This document shows, one piece after another, positions 1-11,252 of a stretch of DNA of 64,000 nt (position 1 is its first letter; every line of letters begins with the position of its first letter). Both the position numbers and the translations under genes were made by a program. This DNA comes from Paramoeba atlantica (taxonomy: Eukaryota; Protista; Discosea). Under the pieces are notes generated by a model. That model was given only the letters and a program-made list of their open reading frames with translations. It did no database searches and had not been told where the DNA came from. The stretch covers positions 59,753 through 123,752 of the forward strand of contig CDRNVI010000074.1 of the NCBI GenBank assembly GCA_977017575.1. Direction: 5' to 3'.

Positions 1-71
1 TGGAAAAATTCTTTCACCAGCGTTACTGTTGTGATGTCTTCACACGAGAAACGGGCGAGCAACTCGGTTTC

Positions 72-893
72 GTGAGTGTCGTCCTGTCCGTTTGTGAACC
101 GCTACACCGCACGCGGCTTCAAAAACTCATTGATCCCCCGAGCTACAATTGCATCAACTACCGTTGTCTCGTCCAGGACAGGGTGTTTTGGTGTCGAAGC
201 TCATGGCAGTTTGGTACTTTCCTGAAGAGTTGGTACCATTGTCGAATTCCCCGAGTCGTCTATGGGTTGCCGCTGTTTGACGCAGCCGTGGGAATCGACG
301 CCAAATTCAACGAAAAAGAGGAAAAATATGACCACTACGTAGCAAAGTGCGACGGACAGAATGGAGTCGGCAAGCTTGACCTGCAGATTTCGGACACAGG
401 CCAACGATTGCTTGATTCTCCCACTCTTGAGGGTTTTGACTGCAACGAGTCTAGCCTCTGCGCACTGGCGTTTCCCACAGAATACGTTACCCGAGGGGAG
501 GGGAACTGGGTGTATCGCCAAGCCGTCCAATGTGTGCCATTTCACCCGAATGTGGGAAAGCTTCAAGGAATACCTGAGTTGCCGTTCCTGACAGAACAAC
601 TTGAACTGGACCAGGCGGTGGATTTGAGCAACCCCCATAGTGTACTGCTACAACACACGGTTGAGGACGTGCAGGCGCTTACGCTGGAGAGTCATGTGGA
701 GGACGACAATGAGCCGAACAGTGCGTCGGCGGTTTCAGGCGTGGATGACCGTATCCAGCGCAGGGCCATGAATCGTAGTTTTCGTTTGCAAGGAGAGATT
801 CGGGAGAAGACGTATGACGAGATGGATAGCGTACAAAAGCACAGATTTCGCACACATAACTATGTCCCGTCCTCTCTGGGGCGTCCGTTTTAG
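72..893 (+). CDS. Hypothetical protein, possibly starting upstream of the window
   Basis: 273-codon ORF on the same strand as the gene cluster; no recognisable motif. Confidence 0.35.
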   Translation: MSVVLSVCEPLHRTRLQKLIDPPSYNCINYRCLVQDRVFWCRSSWQFGTFLKSWYHCRIPRVVYGLPLFDAAVGIDAKFNEKEEKYDHYVAKCDGQNGVGKLDLQISDTGQRLLDSPTLEGFDCNESSLCALAFPTEYVTRGEGNWVYRQAVQCVPFHPNVGKLQGIPELPFLTEQLELDQAVDLSNPHSVLLQHTVEDVQALTLESHVEDDNEPNSASAVSGVDDRIQRRAMNRSFRLQGEIREKTYDEMDSVQKHRFRTHNYVPSSLGRPF

Positions 894-1360
894 AGAGTCG
901 TGTCGGTGGTATTACGTCACTGATTGCAGCGAAGTTACGCCATCCCTTAATTCCAAGATTAAAGCTTACAGTTGTAAACAGCTGCATTTACCCTTATCAA
1001 GTCATATTACTATTCTGTTCGATTGAGGTAAGTTTTGTAGCGTACCATTTCGGCTATGTCTTGAACGTTCCGCTTGCGATGGAAGCAGAAAGGCGGAGCG
1101 GACCGTTTTCCCGAGACAGATCCTCCAATTTCATGAATGTTTGAGAACGCTTGTCTCCTTTAATACTTACACTTCAATACTTACACTTTCGTCAAGGATG
1201 CAGGAAATGTTGATATACAGATTAAAATTGCTTTATAGCTGACACTCATCATATTGAAGTTTCCTCTGAGAGTAAAAGAAGTGTAAAAAAAGAATCTACG
1301 CTCAAAAAAGAAAATACCCTCTTACTTTCGTCGTACCTCTACTATTTTCTCCTTTTTGCA

Positions 1361-3319
1361 ATGGTTTTTCCAAATACATTATCCCCGAGTAACCGTGTAT
1401 GGCTACATAAGACTCGAACCATAGCCGTCCGCGCCGCGAGAAAGGTTTATGGGGATGTTTTTTCATCGAACGATGCCACTCGCGGAGGACACATGCTACC
1501 ATGGGAAGTACTCAGAAGCACACAAAATCGAAATGAGGCGAAGCGAGAGATCACACATCCGGCCCCTATTTACGAAACGTTTGAGCAGTATCACGTTCCT
1601 AAAGCAATTCGTGTAATGCTTGAGAAAGAATTCGGGATTACCACCCCATCTCAAATACAAAAGCTTACCCTTCCTACTTTACTTCAGAGAACTAGCGTAC
1701 TCGTAGCGGCCGCCTCCGGAACTGGTAAGACGATGTCCTATCTTCTTCCTATGTACCTTTGCATGCAGAAGGATCGGGACATATACAAAGTTCCCACACG
1801 AGAGTGTCGTCCAAGAGCAATTATCTTGGTTCCCACACAAGAATTATGCAGACAGATTTCTCGGTGGTGTAAAGAATTTGACAACGCAACTGGGCTTAAA
1901 TCCGTAACGTTTATGGGAATGAAACGCTCTGGCCATCACTGGAATCGCCTACGTCAGTCCTCACATCGGCTTATGGATGTACTTATTACCACTCCTGCAA
2001 TATTGAGTACCCGGATAGAGAATCGTAGGCTGTTTCTCGATGACATTCGCCATGTCGTTGTGGACGAGGCAGATACCCTTATATCTTATGCCCATGACTA
2101 CACCGCACAACGGATTCTTAATCGAATTCGGGATAGAAACATCTATCAATGGCTCTGGGAAGTAAACACACAGATCGTGTTGGTAAGCTCAGTCGTCACA
2201 GAATCCCTGACTCGATTTCTCGACAAATCGTTTCCCAAAATGCCACGTCTTGTCTCATCGGACCTTCATCGCCCAGCAGCCAACACGCGTCACCGATTTA
2301 TCGAAATGAGACGCGAAAATTACAAATTGGATTGGCTGGCGTATATATTACGTCGGTGTGGTTACAGACCACAGCAACGTAATGCACCCATAAGTCAGCT
2401 CTCAAGCGTTCCCCAATCCAGCGAACAGAAATCATTAGCCCCTATTGGGAGCACGTCTCGAACAAGTAGCACGGGTACTGGCTCCAAAACAAGTGTCCAG
2501 GACACGAATAAAAAGAGAATCCTGATTTTTAGCAGCGACATCAAAACTACGATCGGTATCTTTTATAGGTTACAAGGCCGAGGCTATCCTGTGGCACAAT
2601 TTCATGCACGTTTACCACTAAAAGAACGTGCCGAAACGTATGAAAAATGGCTAAAAGGGGATGTAAATATTCTTTGTACGTCCGACATTATGTCTCGAGG
2701 CTTAGACGGGGGTGTGAATGTCGTTATAAACTACACGATGCCTAATCATAGCGCACTGTATTTACAACGCGCCGGACGCACTGGTCAATGTGGAAGACCT
2801 GCAGCGGTTATTTCTCTATTTACATCTCGGCAAAGAACGATCGTCGGCGCGCTAAAGAATCTCCTTTTTCGAAATTTGCCTCTTACAAATGTGAGCAACT
2901 GGTGGGGTTACTACAAACCCACCGTTAAGCAATGGATCAAAAAACGACGAAATAAGATGACGCGTAAGTTTGTTCGAATTATTCTTCGGAGAGCCGTAGC
3001 GCCCCATTTAGAGAAGACGTATCTCAAAACGAGCGGAACATTTGCTCCTCCGTTTCACCCAAGGACGGTAGAGTTTCACAAAGGTGTCCCGCCTCGTCAG
3101 ACGGAAAAGAAACAGGACCGAGAGGCGTATAGGGCCTGGGAGGCCCGACGTGGGCATCTTGCCGGAGTCAAGAAAGGGAGTGCGAAATTTGGCTGCGCGC
3201 GTCACGGACCATTCAATCGGAGCTTTAAACACATTGCCAATGGCACCGAAGGAGGCGACGTTGCCTTGATGCAGTCGCGACGAGAAGCGTACCGCCCATC
3301 TATCACGTCAAAATATTAA
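1361..3319 (+). CDS. DEAD-box RNA helicase, possibly mitochondrial
   Basis: Q-motif (PSQIQ), motif I AASGTGKT, Ia PTQEL, II DEAD, V SRGLD, VI QRAGRTG; basic N- and C-terminal extensions. Confidence 0.9.
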   Translation: MVFPNTLSPSNRVWLHKTRTIAVRAARKVYGDVFSSNDATRGGHMLPWEVLRSTQNRNEAKREITHPAPIYETFEQYHVPKAIRVMLEKEFGITTPSQIQKLTLPTLLQRTSVLVAAASGTGKTMSYLLPMYLCMQKDRDIYKVPTRECRPRAIILVPTQELCRQISRWCKEFDNATGLKSVTFMGMKRSGHHWNRLRQSSHRLMDVLITTPAILSTRIENRRLFLDDIRHVVVDEADTLISYAHDYTAQRILNRIRDRNIYQWLWEVNTQIVLVSSVVTESLTRFLDKSFPKMPRLVSSDLHRPAANTRHRFIEMRRENYKLDWLAYILRRCGYRPQQRNAPISQLSSVPQSSEQKSLAPIGSTSRTSSTGTGSKTSVQDTNKKRILIFSSDIKTTIGIFYRLQGRGYPVAQFHARLPLKERAETYEKWLKGDVNILCTSDIMSRGLDGGVNVVINYTMPNHSALYLQRAGRTGQCGRPAAVISLFTSRQRTIVGALKNLLFRNLPLTNVSNWWGYYKPTVKQWIKKRRNKMTRKFVRIILRRAVAPHLEKTYLKTSGTFAPPFHPRTVEFHKGVPPRQTEKKQDREAYRAWEARRGHLAGVKKGSAKFGCARHGPFNRSFKHIANGTEGGDVALMQSRREAYRPSITSKY

Positions 3320-4920
3320 TAGACGATGGTCAGTGTATCATACTATGGTGATATTGAGTACAAGTCGGACTTCTTTATATGAACTTCCTTTCTGGTAACC
3401 GGCACTATAAATGTAGGTTGAAATCCATTTTTTTCTGTTCAAAAAAACCTTTTCGTGACTCTTTAAAACGTTTCCACTCATACTCATGACGTTTCAACTT
3501 ATATTTCAATGATTGGAATACTCAATGGACCGCCCAGGATGTACTACATTGGTCTGCTTGGTATTGGTGGCGTACAAAAAGGATAAGGTGCGGCTCTCAG
3601 GCGCTCCCAGACACTCCCACCCAGTTTCTTAAGGAGCACATTCTTCATGTGCCGTATAACCCAAAGAAGCCAGGTAAAGGTAAGAAGAAGAAGGAGTTGT
3701 CTGAATAGAAATATGATCGTATTTAAGTTTAATAAGATAACTACACCATACGAGTAGATGTCGGCACGAATAAAATAACTACAGCTTACTACACCATACG
3801 AATAGATGTCGACACGAATATTTTTATTTTTCACATTTTTTAGCATTCTTTTTAGTACAATATTCCTTCTGTAGGATATGGACGCAGAGGACAACAAATC
3901 TTTAAAGAAAACGATCCTTCGTGAATTTGAAGACGACGAGGTGGCAGAAGATGATATCAATCAAACGACGAGCTCAATGATATCATCATATCATTGAGCT
4001 CGTCGTTAGCTCGACGAAAAAGGTTTTCACGAAACGCGTAACTGTGTTTGATAAGCCAGTCCTCCAGATTTCTCCTGAAGAGCTTGGTGAGAAGGTGACA
4101 AGCATCATGGAACGGGTAAACAGGGCCCTGTAATGTTTTTCAGTGGGAAAGAGGAGCATTGGTAATGTTCCTGTTGGCTCCTCTATCCTTCGTCGCACAG
4201 TTCTTTTCCTGTTACAGCACCGAGGACATCTCCTACTCGATGTGCGTCCACGTGAACTGTACTTTCTGGGTGAAGTTGCCCAAGACATGGAAAGCTACCT
4301 TGAGGAGCAACCATTATATGCTCCGCGACGAAAAGGCAAGGTGAGAGACTTTGTCGAGAACTTGTGGCGCTCGATCACGGGACAACGGTCTCGCGCTTGC
4401 GCAGTATGGCGCCAAAAAAGGATGAAAGCTTCCACTTCCCTCGAAGCAAGCGCTGAAAGCAGCCAAGTGGAAAGTGACCAAGTGGAAAGCCCTGCAAAGG
4501 GCCTATCGGGCAGGGTCTTTCGATTTACCGAGCTCGAGTAAAACGCTATGGGGCGAAAAAAGGAATACGAAGTGCGAAAGTGTAAAGTGGAGAAGATCAG
4601 CACTAAGTACAGTACTGTAACCCGCCTTTAATATACACTCCCCCCAAACCCCCCTATCATAGAGACAAAACGCATTATTCTACGTTAAAGGGGGTCACAG
4701 TATTTGAAATGTGTTCAACTTTTTTAATATTTGCGAATGAGTGCTGAAGATCAGTTTTGAAATGTATAGTACATTAATATTTTAATCTTTTTTATGCATG
4801 GAGATCACCGCGACATACTCCCAAACTTTGCCCCCCTCGAGTGCCTACTCTGTTTTCATTCATAGGTTATTTCAAATAAAAAATAGCTACTTATTTCCTT
4901 TTTGACTTACCTAGTGTTGA

Positions 4921-4968
4921 AACGCCGCGAAACAGCGTGAAACAGCGCGAAACACCGCGAAACAGCGC
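4921..4968. repeat. 10-bp tandem repeat (AACAGCGCGA-like), about 5 copies
   Basis: aacgccgcga aacagcgtga aacagcgcga aacaccgcga aacagcgc. Confidence 0.7.
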
Positions 4969-5245
4969 TTTACGTCATCCGCAGCCCCTCACATGAACCT
5001 TTGAACATGAAGGAACTTCATGAAAACTCAGTTACACATAACAATCCTTTGACAATATTAACACAGCACAAATTCATTTTTCGGAAAAATGATTACCTGT
5101 CAAATAAAATACTCTCCCTCTCTTAATTTTTATAAATTATAAATTATAACAAAAAGTTAGTTATAATTATAATTATAATTATTTTTTATTTTAACGATAA
5201 AGATACATTTATTTCCTCCTTTCCTTCACTACTACTTCTCCCCCC

Positions 5246-7615
5246 ATGTCAGAACTCCCGCTCAAGGGACTCTTGTTCTGCGCTTACTGTGGCTCGAAAT
5301 TCGAACCACTCTCCCCCACCCACCGGTTGTGCCCAGTCTGTTTATCCACAACCGGCACTGCGTCCCGTATCATTTGGGACAAACCTAGCACCCTTGGGCC
5401 CGTTAACAACGGACTCAGGCAGACATCCACCTCCCGAGAGGCCACATCCCCCACCTCTCCTGAGCACAGGCCGTGCACCTTCTGCGCGCAGCCATTCTCC
5501 CCCAAGCGATCCTTCCACCGCCTATGCCACGATTGCGTGGAACTCCGCGCGGAGCGTCAGAAATCCGGTCTACAAACCTCCACTCCTGGCGCAGCCTCCT
5601 CCAGCTCCGCCCCTCGCCGTGACGACCACCCAGTTCGCCGCTCGCGCTCCCTCCCCCGCAGGTCATCCCCCAGAAGCTCGTCTTCCCGCGCGAGGTCGAA
5701 CTCGAGACCGCCCCTTCAACGACAGTCCGAAGGACCTCGCACACGCTCGCGGTCTAGGGTATCTTTCGCCCCCAGGAACACTTCTTCACATGACTCCGAA
5801 TCATACGCCGACAAGGCCAAGTCCCTTTCACCCCCGATTCTTAGGAAAACAAGGTTAGGTACAGATCCCCCCCCTCAAACCCCCACACCCCTTGGCAGAG
5901 CCCCATCACACAAGGAACAGCTAGCTCTCATAGGTAAGATGAACCAGGATTCCCTGGGTACCTACATCAAACACCAGCGAGACGACGGAGTGCCCTTCGG
6001 GTTGAAGAGGGAAGTGACAGCCAACCGGCTGTCATGCGCCGTCCGAGAAATGGAGAGAGAGTACCTGGCGACAAGGGATGCCCTCTACACCGAGTGGCTA
6101 GACCTCCTCTGTCAGGACGCCCGTCAGGAATACAGACATCGCCAGCTTGTCATAGACAAAGCCCATCTGTGTCAGACCTGCGGACAGGTTTTTCGGGACC
6201 AGCGACGCTTGATCGAGCACAAAACCGTCCATGAAGTGGCCGCGGCCCGGGCGATGGTATCCCGTCTCTCATCAGAGCACCGCCAGGGAGCGATGATGAT
6301 TGCGGAACAACAGTGGGCCTCTGCTGCCGACCTCTTCGACCATCTCTACCAACAACTCCAAAACCTGTACGCACTCCCCCCCGGCCCCTCCCCCGACCCC
6401 ACGGAAACGCACAACTTGGAAGTGGACGACCCTCCCCCTCCCTTTGCCGCCAAACCTCCCGCCCTCACAATCACCCCAACCGACGCCCCTAGTGGCCCTT
6501 ACCCATCACCTCCCCACCAGCAAGGCGGACACCAACCCTCATCTTCGACGCAACCCTCCGAAGAATCGTGGACTAGGGTCAACCTGCACCTCGGACCCCA
6601 CTTGGCCGGACACATCCAGGTCCCCGTCCCTGCCAGACACCCCCTACAGAGTTTCATACAAGCGGTGGGCTTTACTCTGGGGGTCCCCCCCGACCGTATA
6701 AGCCTGACCAACGAGCCGGGAGGGCCATACCTGGTGACCGATGAGGACCTGGCAGAGGCTGAGTGCATATGGGCCTCTCTGCTCACTCCAAACCACGGCC
6801 CCTCCCACGGTCCCCACGTCAAAGTCTTCGACGGATCGGGAGCAGGAGCAAGCATAGAGACGCCGTCCGATCTCCCAGGCGAACATATCCCCTTTTTCCT
6901 ATGCCACGCCCTGGGTATAGCCCAGTGCTTTGCAGGAGCCTGGACCCCGTTCGCGTCGGAGGGCGGAACGGCGTGCTGGAGCTTCACGCCCACGGGGGGA
7001 CTGATAGCTGACTCGGGGTGGTCGGCCGAGTTAGTCCGGTGTAACCTCCGTAGAGGGTGCATCGAAGCCAACCCGGGACCACGCCGCGCAAAACGGAAGA
7101 ATACAACGCCCAAATCCTCCGACCCCGCGGACAGTAACCCCGTGAACGTAACGGGACAGACGAGCACACAAACCGAGGACACCCCTACCCCACTACCCGA
7201 CCCCCACATTACAGACCCCATTCCCACACCCCCGCATCAGGGGGGGGCCAAGCCGGATGCCAGCGAGGATTGCGCCGAGGCTGGCAGCCTCAGAGCGGGC
7301 CCGTATCCAAAATCCCATTGTAATGGGGGGCCCATCCCGACACCCAACAGCTTTTCATCGGGCCCTAAGTCCACAACCCCTGTTCTGGGGGGGCCATGCC
7401 GGATGCCAGCGAGGATTGCGCCGAGGCTGGCAGCCTCAGAGCGGGCCCGTATCCAAAATCCCATTGTAATGGGGGGCCCATCCCGACGCCCCACAGCTTT
7501 TCACCGGGCCCTAAGTCCACAACCCCTGTTCTGGGGGGGCCATGCCGGATGCCAGCGAGGATTGCGCCGAGGCTGGCAGCCTCAGAGCGGGCCCGTATCC
7601 AAAATCCCATTGTAA
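5246..7615 (+). CDS. N-terminal part of the CRE-like element polyprotein
   Basis: Two CxxC..CxxC motifs, C2H2 finger CQTCGQVFRDQRRLIEHKTVH, Ser/Arg-rich tract, 2A-like GCIEANPGP; the frame runs into the repeats. Confidence 0.75.
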   Translation: MSELPLKGLLFCAYCGSKFEPLSPTHRLCPVCLSTTGTASRIIWDKPSTLGPVNNGLRQTSTSREATSPTSPEHRPCTFCAQPFSPKRSFHRLCHDCVELRAERQKSGLQTSTPGAASSSSAPRRDDHPVRRSRSLPRRSSPRSSSSRARSNSRPPLQRQSEGPRTRSRSRVSFAPRNTSSHDSESYADKAKSLSPPILRKTRLGTDPPPQTPTPLGRAPSHKEQLALIGKMNQDSLGTYIKHQRDDGVPFGLKREVTANRLSCAVREMEREYLATRDALYTEWLDLLCQDARQEYRHRQLVIDKAHLCQTCGQVFRDQRRLIEHKTVHEVAAARAMVSRLSSEHRQGAMMIAEQQWASAADLFDHLYQQLQNLYALPPGPSPDPTETHNLEVDDPPPPFAAKPPALTITPTDAPSGPYPSPPHQQGGHQPSSSTQPSEESWTRVNLHLGPHLAGHIQVPVPARHPLQSFIQAVGFTLGVPPDRISLTNEPGGPYLVTDEDLAEAECIWASLLTPNHGPSHGPHVKVFDGSGAGASIETPSDLPGEHIPFFLCHALGIAQCFAGAWTPFASEGGTACWSFTPTGGLIADSGWSAELVRCNLRRGCIEANPGPRRAKRKNTTPKSSDPADSNPVNVTGQTSTQTEDTPTPLPDPHITDPIPTPPHQGGAKPDASEDCAEAGSLRAGPYPKSHCNGGPIPTPNSFSSGPKSTTPVLGGPCRMPARIAPRLAASERARIQNPIVMGGPSRRPTAFHRALSPQPLFWGGHAGCQRGLRRGWQPQSGPVSKIPL

Positions 7616-8510
7616 TGGGGGGCCCATCCCGACACCCCACAGCTTTTCATCGGGCCCTAAGTCCACAACCCCTGTTCTGCGGGGGGGGGCATGCCGGATG
7701 CCAGCGAGGATTGCGCCGAGGCTGGCAGCCTCAGAGCGGGCCCGTATCCAAAATCCCATTGTAATGGGGGGCCCATCCCGACACCCCACAGCTTTTCATC
7801 GGGCCCTAAGTCCACAACCCCTGTTCTGGGGGGGGCATGCCGGATGCCAGCGAGGATTGCGCCGGGGCTGGCAGCCTCAGAGCGGGCCCGTATCCAAAAT
7901 CCCATTGTAATGGGGGGCCCATCCCGACACCCAACAGCTTTTCACCGGGCCCTAAGTCCATAACCCCTGTTCTGGGGGGGGCATGCCGGATGCCAGCGAG
8001 GATTGCGCCGAGGCTGGCAGCCTCAGAGCGGGCCCGTATCCAAAATCCCATTGTAATGGGGGGCCCATCCCGACACCCCACAGCTTTTCATCGGGCCCTA
8101 AGTCCACAACCCCTGTTCTGGGGGGGGGCATGCCGGATGCCAGCGAGGATTGCGCCGAGGCTGGCAGCCTCAGAGCGGGCCCGTATCCAAAATCCCATTG
8201 TAATGGGGGGCCCATCCCGACACCCAACAGCTTTTCACCGGGCCCTAAGTCCACAACCCCTGTTCTGGGGGGGGCATGCCGGATGCCAGCGAGGATTGCG
8301 CCGAGGCTGGCAGCCTCAGAGCGGGCCCGTATCCAAAATCCCATTGTAATGGGGGGCCCATCCCGACACCCAACAGCTTTTCACCGGGCCCTAAGTCCAC
8401 AACCCCTGTTCTGGGGGGGGCCATGCCGGATGCCAGCGAGGATTGCGCCGAGGCTGGCAGCCTCAGAGCGGGCCCGTATCCAAAATCCCATTGTAATGGG
8501 GGGCCAACCC
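7242..8510 (+). repeat. About 9 tandem copies of a 146-149-bp GC-rich unit inside the CRE-like element
   Basis: Unit starts at 7396, 7542, 7691, 7837, 7983, ~8130, 8276, ~8423; length differences lie mainly in a G-run. Confidence 0.95.
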
Positions 8511-8604
8511 CGCACTCTCACGGGACCCTGATCGAGCACATCGCGGCGGCCGCCAATGTACCCAAAACTTCTCAGCGGACGACGGGACAGGGGGGACATC
8601 GGAG

Positions 8605-10581
8605 GTGGGGGGAGTGTCTTCCACCACACGAAACAAGCAATCCACCCCGACAACCCAGGGCGCTCCAGTTGAGGTGCGTGGACAAGCCCCTTCCCCCGAA
8701 AATTTAGCAGAGCTCCTTGGGAGGGGGTCCTTACGTAAACTGTACGCACTCCAATACCCGGCTTGGAAGGAATACACTGCCAGTGTATGCCACGATTTTA
8801 TTAATAAGTCGGTGGAGGGCAAGGTCGAGATAGCCTGGAACCTCCTCCTCGCCGTTAAACGTTTCCTTTTCCTCCCCGAGGACAAGTTGTCGCAACGCCA
8901 GCTAGCGCGCGAACTTAGAATGCGCGCCCATTTAGAGGGGTCGGAGACCTTGGCTCCATCCCCGAGTCAGGCCAACGGCCCCCCGTGGTCTGTCAAAAAA
9001 CGGGTCGAGGAATTGTGCAGGGCGGGTTGCTTCTCCAGGGCGGCCAAAACGATGGAGGCGCCCCTTAATCCTCCGGCCAACCCCACGGCGGCCCTAGAAC
9101 AGGCAAAACGTCTACACCCCACAGGCGGGCCCTACACTGCGGGGAAATTCAGGTACAACAGGGACCGACACGGAACCCTACCCTCCCCCGCCGATGTGGC
9201 CAGGAAGGCTCAAATCCTGGCCCCTATCCGCGCCCCCGGACCTACGGGATGGACCAAGGAACTGCTTGTCCCAGTCCTCATGGAAGATGGACCCCGCGAG
9301 TGTATCACGTGGATAATCCACGGGATAATGACCAACTCCCTCCCCCCCTCAATGAGGGAACTGCTCACGGGGGCGTCCTTAAAACTATTCACCAAACCGG
9401 ACTCCCCGGCGGGGCACCACTCTTCCTACAGGCCCATCGCCATGGGAGAGTGCATCCTCAAGGTGGCGGGGCTCCTTGCCCTGGAGAAAATCCGGGAACA
9501 TCTCCCCACTTACTTTCAGGGCATCCAGTTTGGAGCCCAATACGCGCAGGGGTGTGAGCACATAATTTATAATGTGCGACAGCACTTCAGGGACAGGCCG
9601 AAGGAGGTCATCGTGGCGGCAGACCTCGAGAACGCCTTTAATAGCATCTCACGGTCGGCAATTTTTAGGGCGGTAAGGGGGGATCCGAAACTTCTCCCCA
9701 TTGAGGGCATCACCCTTTTCAGCTACGGCCCCACCAGTACCCTTCACCTTGGGGAAGGCCAATGCATCACGAGCTCAAGGGGGGTCAAGCAGGGCGACCC
9801 CATGGCTCCCATCCTATTTGCCATAGGGATCCAGGGGGCAATCGCCAGAGTGGCGGCCAACTTCACAGGCACGCTGAAGGTCTGGGCGTACCTGGATGAC
9901 GTCACCTTTGCTGGTGAACCCAAGGTTTGCGCGGAAGCCCTAGAGGCCCTCCGCGAGGAGCTGAAACATCTTGGGCTACGGTTAAATACCGCTAAATGCA
10001 AAGTAGCTACCAGACGCGAGGACCTCTTCTCCGAGTTCTCCGGATCTCGCATGGTCCACTCCCCCGGGGGGGTCAAACTACTGGGGGCCTTCATCGGGGT
10101 GTCGGAGGCTAGGGAGGAAGAATGGGTGCTTTCCAAGGCCCCCAAGGTAATCTCCTTCCTGGGGAAACTCAAGGACATTAGCAGGCAATGCGCCTTGCCC
10201 CTTTTAAGACTCTGTGGGAGTCCTCGATGGAACTACATCGTAAGGACCCACGACCCCCCGGTCACTAAAGTGGCCAATACCCAGGTCGACAAAGCCGTCC
10301 TGGCATGTGCTGAGGCCTTGCTCGGGGGGATGGGCTCCTTGGGAAAAACGCCGTTCTCCAATAACCTTTTCACGGCAGATTTCCTGGGGACCATCCCCTT
10401 CGCGCACAAGGCGGAAGACATGCAGGCCAAGGCGAAGAACGCCCTACAGGCCGACCCCAAGGCATGTCAGCCAAGGAACAGCGGCGCAACCTCTGTGAGG
10501 CCGCGTTGGGGAAAGCCCCGACGGCCACCCAACTGGTCTGCATGCGACAGACCCAGAACATTCACTCCACTAAGTGGATGA
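8605..10581 (+). CDS. Reverse transcriptase region of the CRE-like element
   Basis: YRPIAMGE, IQFG, DLENAFNSISR, GVKQGDPMAPILF, AYLDDV, GLRLNTAKC. Confidence 0.9.
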   Translation: MGGVSSTTRNKQSTPTTQGAPVEVRGQAPSPENLAELLGRGSLRKLYALQYPAWKEYTASVCHDFINKSVEGKVEIAWNLLLAVKRFLFLPEDKLSQRQLARELRMRAHLEGSETLAPSPSQANGPPWSVKKRVEELCRAGCFSRAAKTMEAPLNPPANPTAALEQAKRLHPTGGPYTAGKFRYNRDRHGTLPSPADVARKAQILAPIRAPGPTGWTKELLVPVLMEDGPRECITWIIHGIMTNSLPPSMRELLTGASLKLFTKPDSPAGHHSSYRPIAMGECILKVAGLLALEKIREHLPTYFQGIQFGAQYAQGCEHIIYNVRQHFRDRPKEVIVAADLENAFNSISRSAIFRAVRGDPKLLPIEGITLFSYGPTSTLHLGEGQCITSSRGVKQGDPMAPILFAIGIQGAIARVAANFTGTLKVWAYLDDVTFAGEPKVCAEALEALREELKHLGLRLNTAKCKVATRREDLFSEFSGSRMVHSPGGVKLLGAFIGVSEAREEEWVLSKAPKVISFLGKLKDISRQCALPLLRLCGSPRWNYIVRTHDPPVTKVANTQVDKAVLACAEALLGGMGSLGKTPFSNNLFTADFLGTIPFAHKAEDMQAKAKNALQADPKACQPRNSGATSVRPRWGKPRRPPNWSACDRPRTFTPLSG

Positions 10582-11252
10582 ACGCATGGCCCAACAGGCC
10601 GGAGTATTACATGCGGGACCCGCAGTGGGAGACTGCGGCCCGTCTCCGGTACTTGGTCGCCCCCACCTCGGAACCTGAGCTCCAGTGCGTGTGCGGTGCA
10701 ACCCTCCGCAATGAGGAGTTTTGCGTACACGCACTGGATTGCAAAAAGGTTAAGGGGAAGACCCAGGCCTCCCGCCACAAGGAGGTCAAGGAAACCTTTC
10801 GAAACCTTCTTGTGCAGTATGGTTTCAAACCGGACCTACACGAACCGAGGTTCGACAATGGACGGGGGCCCGGCATATGCTTCCAGCTGGGACGGAAGAC
10901 TGCCCTAGTTGATGTCACCGTGGTGAACCCACTGGCCCCGTCCTACGTGGAGAAGGAGGCCGCAGAGCCCTCTCATACCCTGAGGATGGCAGAGGCCAAC
11001 AAGCGGCGCTCACACGATGAGATGGCGACCGCCCGAGGGATGGAATTTTACCCCTTGGCCTTCACCACGTATGGGATCCCGGGCCCAGAGACTTTGAACT
11101 TCCTAACCAAGGTGGCCCGGGCTCACTCATCCGACAAGAACGGATGCATGTCCCACCTTCTGATGGCCATAGGGGTGGCCATCCAGAAAGGTAATGCCCA
11201 GATTGTACAGGCGGCAGTACAAGACTGGTACCGCCGCGGGGTACGAGGCTAG
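10464..11252 (+). CDS. C-terminal restriction-like endonuclease of the CRE-like element, frameshifted from the RT near 10455-10465
   Basis: CVCG..HALDC zinc knuckle, SRHKEVK, RGPGI..VDVTVVNP, AEANKRRSH, FYPLAFTTYG. Confidence 0.8.
   Translation: MSAKEQRRNLCEAALGKAPTATQLVCMRQTQNIHSTKWMNAWPNRPEYYMRDPQWETAARLRYLVAPTSEPELQCVCGATLRNEEFCVHALDCKKVKGKTQASRHKEVKETFRNLLVQYGFKPDLHEPRFDNGRGPGICFQLGRKTALVDVTVVNPLAPSYVEKEAAEPSHTLRMAEANKRRSHDEMATARGMEFYPLAFTTYGIPGPETLNFLTKVARAHSSDKNGCMSHLLMAIGVAIQKGNAQIVQAAVQDWYRRGVRG

Noticed and set aside
3544-4541. ORFs at 3544-3960 (-) and 4143-4541 (+) as genes
   Set aside because: Short, stop-interrupted context with a local ~30-bp duplication and no recognisable motif; probably decayed repeat
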